DNA of 63,004 bases, the filler included, from Basidiobolus ranarum (Eukaryota), in the NCBI GenBank assembly GCA_040143965.1. It is 56 parts of 56 records of this genome, joined end to end, with 100 filler letters (N's around TTAATTAATTAA, not from the genome) between each part and the next. Parts side by side here need not be neighbours in the genome. Positions count along the whole stretch, not along the records: positions 22,630 to 23,658 come from JASJQH010013640.1; positions 23,759 to 24,787 come from JASJQH010013641.1; positions 24,888 to 25,915 come from JASJQH010013642.1; positions 26,016 to 27,043 come from JASJQH010013643.1; positions 27,144 to 28,171 come from JASJQH010013644.1; positions 28,272 to 29,298 come from JASJQH010013645.1; positions 29,399 to 30,425 come from JASJQH010013646.1; positions 30,526 to 31,552 come from JASJQH010013647.1; 48 more parts are not named here. One strand, given 5' to 3'. Made by a program: the position numbers and the translations under genes. The first letter of the stretch is position 1. Each line of letters begins with the position of its first letter. Below the pieces are notes generated by a model. The model was given only the letters and a program-made list of their open reading frames with translations. It searched no databases and had not been told where the DNA came from. Positions 23,379 to 36,155 of the stretch are shown in pieces.

Positions 23379-23658
23379 AACAAGTTTCAACTATTTGTCA
23401 AGTGTCAGTGCTATTCAAATTTTCAGATGTTTAGCAATTTTTCCACCATTGGTTTGCTGGTAAAGCATATTGATGTTGCTGAGTTATGTCTGCTCAGGTA
23501 AGTATGTGCATATGTAGAGCCTCAACACAATGAGATTCTTGTATTTTTTGATTCTCATTATGGCTGGAATACAAGGCCAAAAGTATCTAAACAAAAGCAT
23601 GCATATTAATATGAATTCCTACTGCTGTAAACCCAGTAATTTGCCATTCAAAAATTAG
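23379..23658 (+). mobile_element. CACTA-like transposase C-terminus
   Basis: CQCYSNFQMFSNFST..FFDSHYGWNT. Confidence 0.85.
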
Positions 23659-23758
23659 NNNNNNNNNNNNNNNNNNNNNNNNNNNNNNNNNNNNNNNNNN
23701 NNTTAATTAATTAANNNNNNNNNNNNNNNNNNNNNNNNNNNNNNNNNNNNNNNNNNNN

Positions 23759-24787
23759 GAACTGGCTCGCTACCTGACATCACAAATGTAGTCCGCAAAG
23801 CTTCGTGACGCCAAATAACTTCGAGTATAGACTGCTTTAACGCATCAACATTCAGATCACTGGATATTGTCAATGCGAATGACACGTTATAAAAAGAGCT
23901 GTCTGTGACTAGCTCATTCATAAACCAGAGTCTCTCCTGAGCAAATGACAACGGTACATAATTCCTATGTGTTAATCGTTTCATATCTGTGATATAGCTA
24001 GAGCTACTATCATTTACACCATTGATATTGATGAGCCTCTCACTCAAAGATATCACTGTCGGAGCCTCAAACAGCAACTTCAGGGGTATTTCTTGACCAA
24101 GTGCAACGCGAATTCGGGAAATCACTTTAGTGGCCGACAAAGAGTGACCACCTAGATCAAAGAAATTGCCATCAATACTTATTTTGTCAACACCAAGTAT
24201 TTCTGAAAAGATTTTGGCAAGAATTGTCTCCAGTTCTGTCGTTGGTGCGATAAAAGTCTTGTCATCCTCAACACGGTAAAAACTAGGAGCAGGCAATGCT
24301 CGACGATCAACTTTTCCATTCGACGTGAGTGGCAGAGAATCCATTACCATAATTGAGCTAGGAACCATGAATTTGGGCAGTGTAGCTGTGAGTTTGTCAC
24401 GCAGAGATGGAACATATAGTTGATTTACTACACCATGCATAGGGTTATTTCCATAGAACTTTCGGTTCCATATATTGTAGATGGGCTCCTTAAAACGGTA
24501 CTTCGAAGTTAGTTTGCGATCTTTCTTGGTATATACTACATCAAAGCATCCATCATTGTACTGACGATTCCAGCTGATGTTAACGTTGTATCCAGTATCT
24601 TCACCTATGGTGTATAGATCATCAACCTGAACACCCGCTAGTCCCGCGTTATTTACCAACTCTTTTATATCTTCAATAGTTAATTCTTGAGCTTTTTCTG
24701 ATTTTACTAATTCGACGAGGGCTACTTCTTTGGCTAATCTCCTGTTGGGAACATTTTCTACAGCATAATAATCGATATCTCTTTGAA
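23759..24787 (-). CDS. Nonribosomal peptide synthetase, internal fragment: end of an embedded N-methyltransferase, A-domain C-terminus, PCP, start of C domain
   Basis: Frame open across the whole contig with no intron; VPNRRL..GYNVNISW..DGCFDVV..YGNNP (MT), LPKFMVP / PLTSNGKVDR (A9/A10), NFFDLGGHSL (PCP), PLSFAQERLWF and RHEALRTTF (C). Confidence 0.95.
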
Positions 24788-24887
24788 NNNNNNNNNNNNN
24801 NNNNNNNNNNNNNNNNNNNNNNNNNNNNNNNTTAATTAATTAANNNNNNNNNNNNNNNNNNNNNNNNNNNNNNNNNNNNNNNNNNNN

Positions 24888-25224
24888 ATAAATGCTTTAT
24901 TTCTGGACAATAAACAATTATCTGACAAAGCTATTCACAACTCCACTTTTCTAAAGTTCCTCCAAACAGCCCATATTTTCCCAATATTCCCTCTTCTGAA
25001 AAATTGGATGGGATCAATTATCAAGTTTGGAAAATTAAAATGGAAATGCTGCTGCAAGAAAGATGACTTTGGGACACTGCTTTAGGAGAAGATAACAATG
25101 CAAAAATATCTTAAACCAAAGGTTTACCCCTGGTTAAAAAAGAACAAAGGGCCTTTAACAGAATTTGTCTTAATGTTAAAGACAAATTGCTAATTCAATG
25201 TTCAAGAGCTAAAACTGCCAAGAA
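24888..25224 (+). mobile_element. Ty1/copia leader and gag N-terminus
   Basis: EKLDGINYQVWKIKMEMLLQE..LWD; overlaps the gag at 35990-36055 and the leader at 39245-39345. Confidence 0.8.
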
Positions 25225-25915
25225 GGTATCTTGATGGATAGCACTATCAGAATCAGAAAAGATAAGGTTTCTTTGAGAACACATATGATCAAGCATTTGC
25301 TTTGGCTCTGGATGGTTTCTGACTAAACAAATATACTGTTGGACTGGCTTGCCAGCCAAAAATTTTAATTAACCTAAATTTTCCCTCTTCTGAATGGTAT
25401 AAGAGTCATCATATTTTAAAGTTATCCATTATATCTAGACCTAAATCACCAGTGTTTATAGACAGCTTCTTGGAGCATTTATTGCAGAATTTGAACAGTT
25501 ATCTAGTAGGATTCAGATGGGTGAATATTTTATTAAAGCTAATATCATGGTATGTATTTGTGCCACTCCTGCCATCATTAAACTTGGAGGTTTTTGTGGG
25601 CACAGTGCACTATCTTGCTTTAGATCTTGTAAATCAATGGAGTTGACTCTATCAGGGATATGCATTACTACTATCCAAATACAACACTATACTCCATGAC
25701 TTTACCATCAAGAGCCTTGCCAGATTTTGGCATGATCACTGACATCAAATCACCAAATAGTCAGTGTAACAGCAAATTTGGAATTAGCTGTAAGCCAATG
25801 TTATTATTGCTAAAGGGGATCAGCTGGAGCCAGAGCTTCCCATTAGGCACTATGCACTTACTATTCAACAACATTCCAATACTACTTACTCAGCTATATA
25901 GTGGAAAATTCAATA
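25225..25915 (+). mobile_element. CACTA-like transposase catalytic region
   Basis: ALALDGF, INLNFP, DSFLE.L, KLGGFCGHSALSC, PLGTMHL. Confidence 0.88.
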
Positions 25916-26015
25916 NNNNNNNNNNNNNNNNNNNNNNNNNNNNNNNNNNNNNNNNNNNNTTAATTAATTAANNNNNNNNNNNNNNNNNNNNNNNNNNNNN
26001 NNNNNNNNNNNNNNN

Positions 26016-26487
26016 CAAGACAAAGAAGTGAACTTTATTTATTGTAATACTGAAAACCTGCTTGCAGATATACTAACAAAACCACTCAAAACTTCAAGCT
26101 TTGAGAAGTTAAGAGCAGGAATAGGCATTAGTGAATATAAGCACAATGCTGAATAAGAATGAAGGGAAAGTGTTGGATAACTACTCTTTATTCAATATCA
26201 TAGTTAACTTTAGTTAAGATACATATATCAGAAACAGAAAGGAATGCATCTATAGCCCCTATATTCTGAATAGGAATATCTCTATATCTATATAATAAGT
26301 ATGTCTTATTACTCCCACTTATCTATTATATCTTATTACACAAACTCCTGAATATCTCAAATAATTGATTTGCTTTTCTACTACATACATCACCATATAC
26401 TCTTGAGAATAAACTAACTAAAACACACTATCATAAGTTGCTTCTAATACTCAAAGTCTACCCCCATTATGTCAAGATCCTCCAACA
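26016..26487 (+). mobile_element. Copia 3' end: RNase H tail, polypurine tract and complete LTR-B (26171-26487)
   Basis: LADILTKPL..KHNAE*; AAGAATGAAGGGAAAG then TGTTGGA..TCCAACA. Confidence 0.92.
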
Positions 26488-27043
26488 GTATATCAGAAGT
26501 TGAAGAAGAAGATGGTGGTTTTGTTTTGGACTCTTTGTTATTGGCAAACATTAGTCCACTGATAACACTTACTGTAAAGAAAGTAGCATTGATTATTGAG
26601 GAGTGGAGGGTTCAATATAATATTAATAACCAGGTGTTTATTGGTTTTCTTACCCTTTTATCACAGTTGATTGGCAACTGTTGCTTGCCACAGACCTGGT
26701 ACAAGTGGAAAAGACTGGTCAATTGTATGACTTATAATCATTCAGTAATTAAACCACCTTCATGTCCAAATGGTTGTTTGGCTTTCACTGGTGATCTGAA
26801 GAACCTGAAGTCATGTACTGTTTGCACACTATTGGCAATCACTGAATCAGGTAAATGTTGTTAATATTTAGCTTACATACCATTGATTCCCCATCTTTAA
26901 GTTTTGATGAAATCACCCAAATATAGATCATTGATCCAATACCAAAGTACTCACCATAAAGCTGAAGGTATTGCCAATATACTTCATGGATATCACTACC
27001 AAAATCTGAAAAGTCAAGGTTTCTTTGAGAACATGAATGATCA
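26488..27043 (+). mobile_element. CACTA-like transposase N-terminal region
   Basis: SCPNGCLAF....LKSCTVC, the CxxxC..CxxC motif typical of Tnp2 N-termini; YIPLIP. Confidence 0.85.
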
Positions 27044-27143
27044 NNNNNNNNNNNNNNNNNNNNNNNNNNNNNNNNNNNNNNNNNNNNTTAATTAATTAAN
27101 NNNNNNNNNNNNNNNNNNNNNNNNNNNNNNNNNNNNNNNNNNN

Positions 27144-28171
27144 CTTGCTGCAAATTCTTCATAGCAGCATCTTGATCAAGGCCCCATTCAAACTTCACAA
27201 TCTTTCTCCATAGTTGGTATATGGGTTCTGCAATTTCAGAGAAATTGGGAAACCATATTCTAAAAAACCCACAAGCAGCCACATATCCTCTAGCTTGGGT
27301 TAAGTTTCTTAGTGTTGGCCATGTGAGAAGTTTCTCAATCTTGGATGGCCCTGGTGTTCTTCCATAAATGTCACATTTGTGCCCAACTATTGATATTTTT
27401 GGCATTCCAAAGTCACTTTTCTCACACTTATAGTGAGTCCAGTTTTCTCAATTTTGGTAAAAATCTGGTCTTTGTCTTGTATATGGTCATATTCAAATCT
27501 TCTTACTCCTGGGAGTACTTCAGTTGTGTCCTTGACAGGTGATCCTTTTATGCCAATGTCATCTACAAATACAGCTAACTTATCTGGGATGAACTTGTAA
27601 AGGACATTGACCATCACACATAGAAGCTGTGCAACAGAGTTAGTTCCACTTTGGCTGAGTCTTGTCATTCTTAGTAGTCCAAAGGGAGCCTGTAGCCCAA
27701 ACATGTCTCTTGAATTTTCATCAATAGGTAATTGGTCATATCCTGAGTATAGGTCATACGCTGAATATATGGAAGCTCCTGCAAAGCTCTTTGCAAACTC
27801 ACCAATTAAAGGAGGTACTGCAGCATCCCCAATTGTGACTGCATTTGCTAGCTGCATGTCTTGTATGAAACTCAGTTTGCCATTCTTCTTTGTTGTGACA
27901 AACCAGTGGTTGGCATAGGGTCTATAGCATGGTTCTAGGATTCCAGCTTTAATCTTACTCATAAGAAGTGCATGTACATCTGGGTGCAGGCCTCTTAGTA
28001 GTAGGTAAGGTTAATAAGACCATGGTGAGTGTTCTACAGTGTGAATTTTTATTGGTTTCTCAATTGAGGGCAGTAGTAGTCCCATTTCATGGTCATTGTA
28101 GGCAAAGACTCTGTCATGTCTGACAATCATATCTCTGAATAGTTTAACTTCCTCAGGGCTGAGGTTGATGT
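27144..28171 (-). mobile_element. Ty3/gypsy reverse transcriptase of a second, non-Tf1 fungal clade
   Basis: PYANHWFV.TKKNGKL, DLYSGYDQ, SQSGTNSV, FVDD, GFFRIWFPNFSEIAEP. Confidence 0.92.
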
Positions 28172-28271
28172 NNNNNNNNNNNNNNNNNNNNNNNNNNNNN
28201 NNNNNNNNNNNNNNNTTAATTAATTAANNNNNNNNNNNNNNNNNNNNNNNNNNNNNNNNNNNNNNNNNNNN

Positions 28272-28381
28272 AAAATCCCTGGCAGAATGCAAGCCACCAA
28301 TATTGTTACAGTTCTCTGATGGTTTTACTATTTTGGAGGGTAGATCCAAACCAGATCAAATCAACTTTGTTTTTGTTAGGG
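28272..28381 (+). mobile_element. CACTA-like right terminus
   Basis: Subterminal region ending TTTTGTTAGGG. Confidence 0.85.
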
Positions 28382-28881
28382 TATCAAGGATTAATCATAT
28401 TGACATAAGGCATCATTTCATACCAGTGAGAGTTCAAGACAAAGAAGTGAACTTTATTTATAGTAACACTGAAAACATGCTTGCAGATATACTAACAAAA
28501 CCACTCAAAACTTCAAGCTTTGAGAAGTTAAGAGCAGGAATAGACATTTGTGTGTATAAGCACAATGCTGAATAAGAATTAAGGGAAGGTGTTGGATAAT
28601 TAATCTTTATTCAACATCTTGGTTAACTTTAGCTATGATACATATATCAGAAACAGAAAGCAATGTATCTATAGCCTCTATATTCTAAATAGGAATATCT
28701 CTATATCTATATAACAAGTAGGTCTTATTACCCCGTTTATGTATTATATCTTATTACACAGACTCCAGAGTATCTCAAACAATTGATTTACTTTTCTACT
28801 ATATAAGTCACATATACTCTTAAGAATAAAGTAACTAAAACACACTATCATAAGTTGCTTCTAATACACAAAGTCTACCCC
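28382..28881 (+). mobile_element. Copia RNase H tail, polypurine tract and LTR-B (from 28590, truncated)
   Basis: HIDIRHHFI..NMLADILTKPL; same structure as 26016-26487. Confidence 0.9.
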
Positions 28882-28885
28882 TAGA

Positions 28886-29298
28886 TTCTTCAAACTTGTG
28901 CTAGAAGCCCCAACCTTAGCACACATGTTCCTGGGACCTTACATAACACATTATATACATTAGTTTGCTTACATCTTGACAAAACTATAAATGTCAACTG
29001 TCTATTCAATTAATCAACCAGTGAAAACCACTAATTTCTCTAATTCTCCAAACCACTACCATATAGATGACTATAGTTGTTTAGACAATGCTAATTTCTA
29101 CACTGTCCCTTAACTAAATAGTCATATAAACTAATCCTGAGGAAGGTCAAAATTACTCAATTTTCTGTCTAGCTAATGGTTTGGTTAATATATCAGTAAT
29201 CATGTCTTCTGTAGAACAACAAGTTAAGTCTATAAACTTATTTTCTATAGTTTCTTCATTGAAGTGATGTCCAATATTTATATGTCTCCTTCCATTAT
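28886..29298. mobile_element. LTR-A 3' half (+) followed by an inverted copia RNase H/LTR-A start (-)
   Basis: 28886-29060 matches 32090-32260; 29070-29298 matches 36340-36560. Confidence 0.75.
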
Positions 29299-29398
29299 NN
29301 NNNNNNNNNNNNNNNNNNNNNNNNNNNNNNNNNNNNNNNNNNTTAATTAATTAANNNNNNNNNNNNNNNNNNNNNNNNNNNNNNNNNNNNNNNNNNNN

Positions 29399-30425
29399 CA
29401 ATGCCATTCAAAAAGCATTCAAAATCTAAGTCAAAACTGGCTTTCAAGCAAAAACCTGCTGGCACAAAAGGAAAAAGCAGCAAGAACAGCGGACTTAATT
29501 GATGAGCAGTCCAGTGATCCACTATCCACTTTGGAAGGCATTAACATGCTGGAAACTAACTCAAGTAATGATGAAGCATTAATCAATTTACCAGATGTGT
29601 TCCTTTCCCACAATAGTGCAAGTGAAGAGATTGTAATCATCCAATTACATAGTAAATCAATAGTTGAGCAAAGTTCAACCAAAACACAGTCAAGACCATC
29701 AACTTCCAAAATGGCTACTTTGTCAACTATTGAACAACCCTGCATAGAAAATTGGGATAAAATTATTACAATAAGAGAATTGCAGGCAGAGCACCATAAT
29801 GATTTGTATGCAATCATAAGTAAAAACTATGAAGTTGCTACACAGCCCACAACAAGCAATAACACTGTAATATTACAATCTATGCAGCATTTGGAAGCAA
29901 CTAGTCAATAGTTAGAGAGTCACTCAACAATGATACTAGACCTTCAGAATGCTGTACTTGAGCTACAGCAACATGCTGCTCCAAATGCTGTACTTGTGCT
30001 AAAGCAACATGCTGCTCCCTCAATCGATTCTCATATGGGATTTCAGTCAATTGAACACTATACATATAAATGTCACTGTGACAATCTAGCAGAGCAGAAT
30101 ATGTGTTGGACCATTAAGCCTCTACAACAACCCAAAATTGCTTGGGCACACAAAAGTAGAAATCTCATATGAAAACCGGCAAACCAAAAGACTCTGAATG
30201 TCAGAGCTGCCGTCACTTGCTCTGATGATGAGTGATTTAACATTTTGGAAACTGTGCGGAATCTTGCCCAAAAGCACCTGGATTTGAGTCAATTGTGGAA
30301 AACCCAAAAACCAGGTGTTACTCTGAAGGTTCTTGACTCTTTTCATGTGGCTTATCCTGGGTTTTTGCAAGCAAATGGCAATTGGGCTAGTATAGGCCTA
30401 TTCATGAAACATCTTAAAAATGTAC
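29399..30425 (+). mobile_element. CACTA-like ORF2 fragment
   Basis: Low-complexity S/T region, coiled coil, then ETVRNLAQKHLDLSQLWK.QKP..AYPGF..ANGNWAS. Confidence 0.75.
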
Positions 30426-30525
30426 NNNNNNNNNNNNNNNNNNNNNNNNNNNNNNNNNNNNNNNNNNNNTTAATTAATTAANNNNNNNNNNNNNNNNNNN
30501 NNNNNNNNNNNNNNNNNNNNNNNNN

Positions 30526-31552
30526 TCCTTTGGACAAGGTCAGATTGTGCTGCTCAATCCAGCCTGCTAGTACACCATCTGGCTCCATCCATCAGTTACC
30601 ATGCCTAGGTCCTACTACACTCAATTGGACACTATAAGGAACAATATGGCACTATCCCACCACAATTGGATACAATGATTTTATTGGATATATTGTGCCA
30701 GCCCGTACCAAGTTACCCAATTTAGTATTGCCAAATTACCATTTTAGGTGACTGACAAAGTAAGTTCATCCCCTAGTTTGTAACTTACAAATTACTGAAT
30801 GTGTAATAATAAGCAATTTATACTGTAACGTACCCAATCAAATGTATAACCAAGACATTCACATGCTTTTAGGCCAATCATTTGCCTCTCACTAACACAG
30901 TATCCTGATTTTCAATGGTCACAACAGCTCCTGCATTACAAAACACTAGTAGTTTTGGCACACCGGTGATAAATCACAGCACTCAACAATGGATCAATCT
31001 GCAGTATGATAGCAGTGATCAGGATTGCTTGATTCATCATTTTTAGATCAGCAAATTATTCATTCAATCATGTAAGCTCCTAATGGGGTGAAAATGTGAA
31101 CAGATTGAGCCATATCAAGCCAATACAGCTGCTCAAGCTTTTTATTGACAGACATTTTTTATTTGATTGAAGTGAAATTGCTTGTATTAATAGGCTATCA
31201 TTGATCTTTTTGATATATGCTGATTTCACGCTATCAGTGTTTCATAAACACATTGGCAATTGTGATATAACTAAAGCAATTTACGCTATATTTAACTGCA
31301 ATCAATATCAATTCTGCATGATGCGCTAAACAGTAAAGATAGGATAATGTAAGTATTGACAAGAGTATTCAGCAGTTGCCTAGGTTTGAAGCAGTACATG
31401 TTGATTTGCTTCTGTTACTTTTATTGTCTCCTTGATATTTCCACAGAAGGAACTTTACTTGAAACTCTGTGCTGAGTTGGCCAGTTTGATCCAGCTGAAG
31501 TTCCTCAACCTTGGCCAGCATGAGTTGTGGCTTGAGGACAATGCGCTGTGGG
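30526..31552 (+). mobile_element. Repeat E, about 1 kb terminal region
   Basis: Colinear with 59790-60764. Confidence 0.8.
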
Positions 31553-31938
31553 NNNNNNNNNNNNNNNNNNNNNNNNNNNNNNNNNNNNNNNNNNNNTTAA
31601 TTAATTAANNNNNNNNNNNNNNNNNNNNNNNNNNNNNNNNNNNNNNNNNNNNATTTAATTATCATAATGAAATTTTATAGTAAGATTTGATTTTATTAAA
31701 TTTTATCAGTTTCAGGAGTGATAATTTGAGATCTTGCAGAAATAGTTGCACCTGATTGGCTACAATCTCAGAAGACTATGGATCAATACATATGCAAAAA
31801 ATGTAACTTAAATTTTACACATTTACTACTTGAATGCAAATTTGTTGTCTTCAAAATCTCTAGTTTCTTTGATATATTCTACTGAATATTTTTATAGAGT
31901 TCTTAATACCAAAGGTTTCGCAAGTTTTTATCCATAAC

Positions 31939-32266
31939 TGCTGAAATTAGCATTGCCTAAACACCTATATAGTCATATATAGCTTAGTACTTAGTTACCC
32001 TATAATTCACTAAGATATTATCCATTATCCTCAATTGGAATTTACTTAGAATATTGACACCAACTTGGAAGTTCTCAGATATATAGATTTTTCAAACTTG
32101 TGCTAAAAGCCCCAAACTTGGCACACATGTTTCTGGGACCTTCCTTAATGTATTTTACATGCTATTTTGTTTAAAACTTAACAAAACTATAATTGTCTGC
32201 TTTCTACTCACTAAATCAATGAGTGAAAACCATCAATTTCTCTAATTATCCAAACAACTTCCAACA
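31939..32266 (+). repeat. Complete copia LTR-A (328 bp)
   Basis: TG..CA ends (TGCTGAAATTAGC / ACTTCCAACA) followed by GGCTCC as at 6607. Confidence 0.88.
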
Positions 32267-32338
32267 GGCTCCAAAATACTTCAACAACATCTTCATCAAA
32301 GCCCACCATTGTATTAACATTGCTGAATCAACACTCTT

Positions 32339-32678
32339 TCAGCTATCTGGTGGATACCCTGCAATATTGTGCCACTCTGTATTAAGTTCTTCCCAGATAT
32401 CTGCATGGTCAACACCAGACTACCCTAACAAAAATAAAATCAATTTAATCCGGATTGGATCCACCCTCCAAAATAGCAAAACCATCAGAGAACTGTCACA
32501 AAATTGTTGGCTTGCATTCTGCCAGGGATTTTGATGATGTGATGGTGGTTTCTTGATGGTATCTTAATGGTATTCATACATGTTAAAATATTGATCCTCA
32601 AATTTGGCATGCATTATTCAATATCCAGCAATTTTTGCAAAAATATAATTTTTGAATGGCAAATTACTGGGTTTACTG
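32339..32678 (-). mobile_element. CACTA-like right terminus (CCCTAAC at 32423) inserted in ORF2 of another copy
   Basis: 32339-32422 matches ORF2; 32423-32678 is the subterminal region in reverse. Confidence 0.85.
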
Positions 32679-32778
32679 NNNNNNNNNNNNNNNNNNNNNN
32701 NNNNNNNNNNNNNNNNNNNNNNTTAATTAATTAANNNNNNNNNNNNNNNNNNNNNNNNNNNNNNNNNNNNNNNNNNNN

Positions 32779-33537
32779 CCCAATCCATGGACTTAGAGGA
32801 GGTACTTCTACAAATAACACTAATTTGTGGGTTTTTTAGGAAAGCTGCAAGACAGACTTCTTGTTAAGAGAGATCAAGATTCACAGTATTGTTGTTTCAG
32901 CCATGATGTGATCCATCCAATCAATATCACATCTACTTGTGGCAGTGCATTTTTTGGCTGCATGTTTGGGATATTTTGTCTGAATTTTTTACAACAACTT
33001 GCCAAAGTCCAAGTGCTTACTCTTGTTGTGAATGGTAACAAGAGTCAGCTATTTGATAAGTGTCAGTGCTATTCAAAATTTCAGATGTATAACAATTTTT
33101 CCACAGTTAGTTTGCTGGTAAAGCATATTAAAGTTGTAGATTTATGTATGATTAGTCAAGTATGTGCATATGTAGAGACTAAACACAACAAGATTCTTGA
33201 ATATATTGATTCCCATTATGGTTGGAATACAAAGCCTAAAATATCTAAATAAAGGCATGCATGTTAATTGAAATTCATATAGCAGCAAACCCATTAATAT
33301 GCAATTTGAAAATTAGTTTTTTGCAACAATTGTTGCATATTTTACAAAACATGCAAAGTATGACCTTCATTAATTTATTATGTATAAATACCATCAAAAT
33401 ACCATCAAGAAGCCACTGTCTTACCATCAAAGTCCCTGGCTGAATGCAAGCTACCAAAATTGTGATGTTTCTCTGATACTCTTAAAATTCAAAAGGGTGG
33501 ATCCAATCTGGATCAAATTGATTTTATTTTGTTAGGG
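32779..33537 (+). mobile_element. CACTA-like transposase last exon and right end (divergent subfamily)
   Basis: KLQDRLL..YGWNTKPKISK*; terminus TGTTAGGG at 33537. Confidence 0.85.
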
Positions 33538-33804
33538 TCAATCTAGCTCAATTAAACTTTGCCACTAGAGCAAAAGTGTCTGTGCAATATATTCCTGGTG
33601 TTTGGCAATAGCTTTTGGTTGCTAGTCCAGCCTTGTACCTTTCTATATTACCATCAGTGTTGTATTTGACTTTATTTACCAAATGGCAGCCAATTCATTT
33701 TCTATCATCAGGTAGGTTTGTTAAAATCTTAGTTTTATTATCAATCAAAGCCTGGTACTCATCAGCCATTGCAGATCTCCAAAATTCTGTATGAGAGCAA
33801 TTTA
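33538..33804 (-). mobile_element. Ty1/copia RT N-terminus
   Basis: FWRSAMADEYQALIDNKT..GNIERYKAGLATK. Confidence 0.85.
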
Positions 33805-33904
33805 NNNNNNNNNNNNNNNNNNNNNNNNNNNNNNNNNNNNNNNNNNNNTTAATTAATTAANNNNNNNNNNNNNNNNNNNNNNNNNNNNNNNNNNNNNNNN
33901 NNNN

Positions 33905-34930
33905 TTATTTTTGTACTTGGATAGTAGTAATGTATATGCCTGATAGAGTAGACTCCATTGATTTGACAAAATCTACAGCAAGATAGTGCATTGTGCCCAC
34001 AAAAACCTCCAAGTTTACTGATGGCAGGAGTTTCACCAATACATAGAGTGATATTAGCTTTAATAAGATATTCCCCATCTGAACCCCATTAGGTAACAGC
34101 TCAAGTTCCACAATCAAAGGCCCCAAGAAGCTATCTATAAGCACTGGGGATTTAGGTCCAGATATGATGGATAGTATCAAAATATTGTACTAATTAGGAG
34201 GAGGAAGATTTAAGTTGATAAAATTATTGGCCAGCAAGCCTTTGCAACTGTATATTTGTTTAGTGAGAAACCATCCAGAGCCAATGCAAATGCATGATCA
34301 TATGTGTTCTCAAAGAAACTTTACTTTTCAGATTCTGATGGTGATTTCCATCAAGTATGTTGGTAATACTATCAGCTTTATGGTGTGTACTATGGTATTG
34401 GATCAAGGATCTATATTTGGGTGATTTCATCAAAACTTTAAGAAGGGGAATCAATGGTATGTAAGTCAAAAATGAGCAATATTTACCTGATTCAGTAATT
34501 GCCAATTGTGTGCAAACAGTGCATGACTTCAGGTTTTTCAGATCACTGGTGAAAGCCAAACAACCATTTGGACATGATGGTAGTTTAATTACAGAAGGAT
34601 TATAAGGCATAAGATTGATAAGTGTTTTCCACTTGTATCAGGTCTGTGGCAAGCAATAATTGCCAATCAGCTGTGGTAAAAGTGTAAGAAAAACAATAAA
34701 CACCTGGTTGCTAAGATTTGATTGAACTCTCCACTCCTCAATAATCAAAGCTGCTTCCTTTACTGTGAGCATTATGAGTGGACTAATGCTTGCCAATAAC
34801 AGAGAGTCTGTAACAAAACCATTGTCTTCTTCTTCAACTTCCAATATACTACCATCAGTACTGGAATAACAAAAGTCAACATCTAGCAGCATGTCCTCAA
34901 AGTTGTCTGGACTTACTGGTTTGACCAGAG
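33905..34930 (-). mobile_element. CACTA-like transposase, N-terminal half
   Basis: CPNGC..CTVC, ALDGF, ISGPKSP..DSFL.PL. Confidence 0.88.
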
Positions 34931-35030
34931 NNNNNNNNNNNNNNNNNNNNNNNNNNNNNNNNNNNNNNNNNNNNTTAATTAATTAANNNNNNNNNNNNNN
35001 NNNNNNNNNNNNNNNNNNNNNNNNNNNNNN

Positions 35031-36055
35031 TCTTATGCTGTAATTGAACAGTTTCTTAATTGGAATAATGTTTATTTACACATAAACCTATTGGATTATA
35101 TGTAAGTTTGTATAAGTTTGGACTCTTTTCTCCCAAAGCTAAATAATTACCATTTTGATCAGTGATGGTGCATTTTGGTCAGTGAAGGTGCATCCAAACT
35201 TATCACAAGTGAATACAAGCCCTTCTGAAGTGGGACTTGCATACAGATATAAAATTCTTGGCAATATCTGGAATATGTAGCACATCCTTGAAAGTAAACA
35301 CTTTCTCTTCAGAAGCTCCAGTTAAATTGACTTAAATTGTGACCATTCCAATAGCATCCAATGTGCAGTCATATCCAAGAAAACCTTTCTAATTGGGATT
35401 TCTTCATAATCCACAAACCAATGTTTTTCATTTTTGAAATGTTGGGAGGCTCCGGAATTCTTATATCACATGTGTTAGTCCTGGTTGGTAGTTATAGATA
35501 GAGCAGATATGAACAAGTGATCTTCTGTTGTAACTACATTTCCATATTCAGTATATTTTTCTTCTTTGGCAATTCTTTAAAGCAATCTTTGCTTAAATAG
35601 CCAGTTCTTTTCCAATGATCACACAATCGATTACTTTTCTTCTTTTACGATACTCACATAATGCGTTACTTTTCTTCTTAATGTGCTTTTGACCTTTGTA
35701 GGAAGTTTTCCCATAGCCAATTAAAGCATTTTCTTCATTCTTTTGGTTGCATCCTGATATGTGTGAATCTTCATGCAGAAGTCTGCCAAATTCATAATTT
35801 AAGAGCTAATACTAGACACTGAAACTCATGTGGCAGGCTAGTTGGGACTGTAACTATAGTCACTCTATTAATTTGTAACTTAACGTCTTCTCCTGGCTTG
35901 ATCTTAAAGTTTAAGAATTGTCTTCTTAGCAACATCTTGCTGCCAGCAAAACTTGTTTGGTAGGTGTCTTCCAAGGCTTTCCATAGCTTGCTGGCAGTTT
36001 TTGCTCTTGAACATTGAATTAGCAATTTGTCTTGAACATTAAGACAAATTGTGTT
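35031..36055 (-). mobile_element. Ty1/copia gag-protease region, degenerate
   Basis: TASKLWKALEDTY, SLPHEFQ, degenerate zinc knuckle, VLHIPDIAKNFISV. Confidence 0.82.
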
Positions 36056-36155
36056 NNNNNNNNNNNNNNNNNNNNNNNNNNNNNNNNNNNNNNNNNNNNT
36101 TAATTAATTAANNNNNNNNNNNNNNNNNNNNNNNNNNNNNNNNNNNNNNNNNNNN

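Noticed and set aside
33530..33537. CACTA-like termini end in TTAGGG, the telomere repeat (telomere-bearing element?)
   Set aside because: Only one unit and never tandem; CCC ends are normal for fungal CACTA elements
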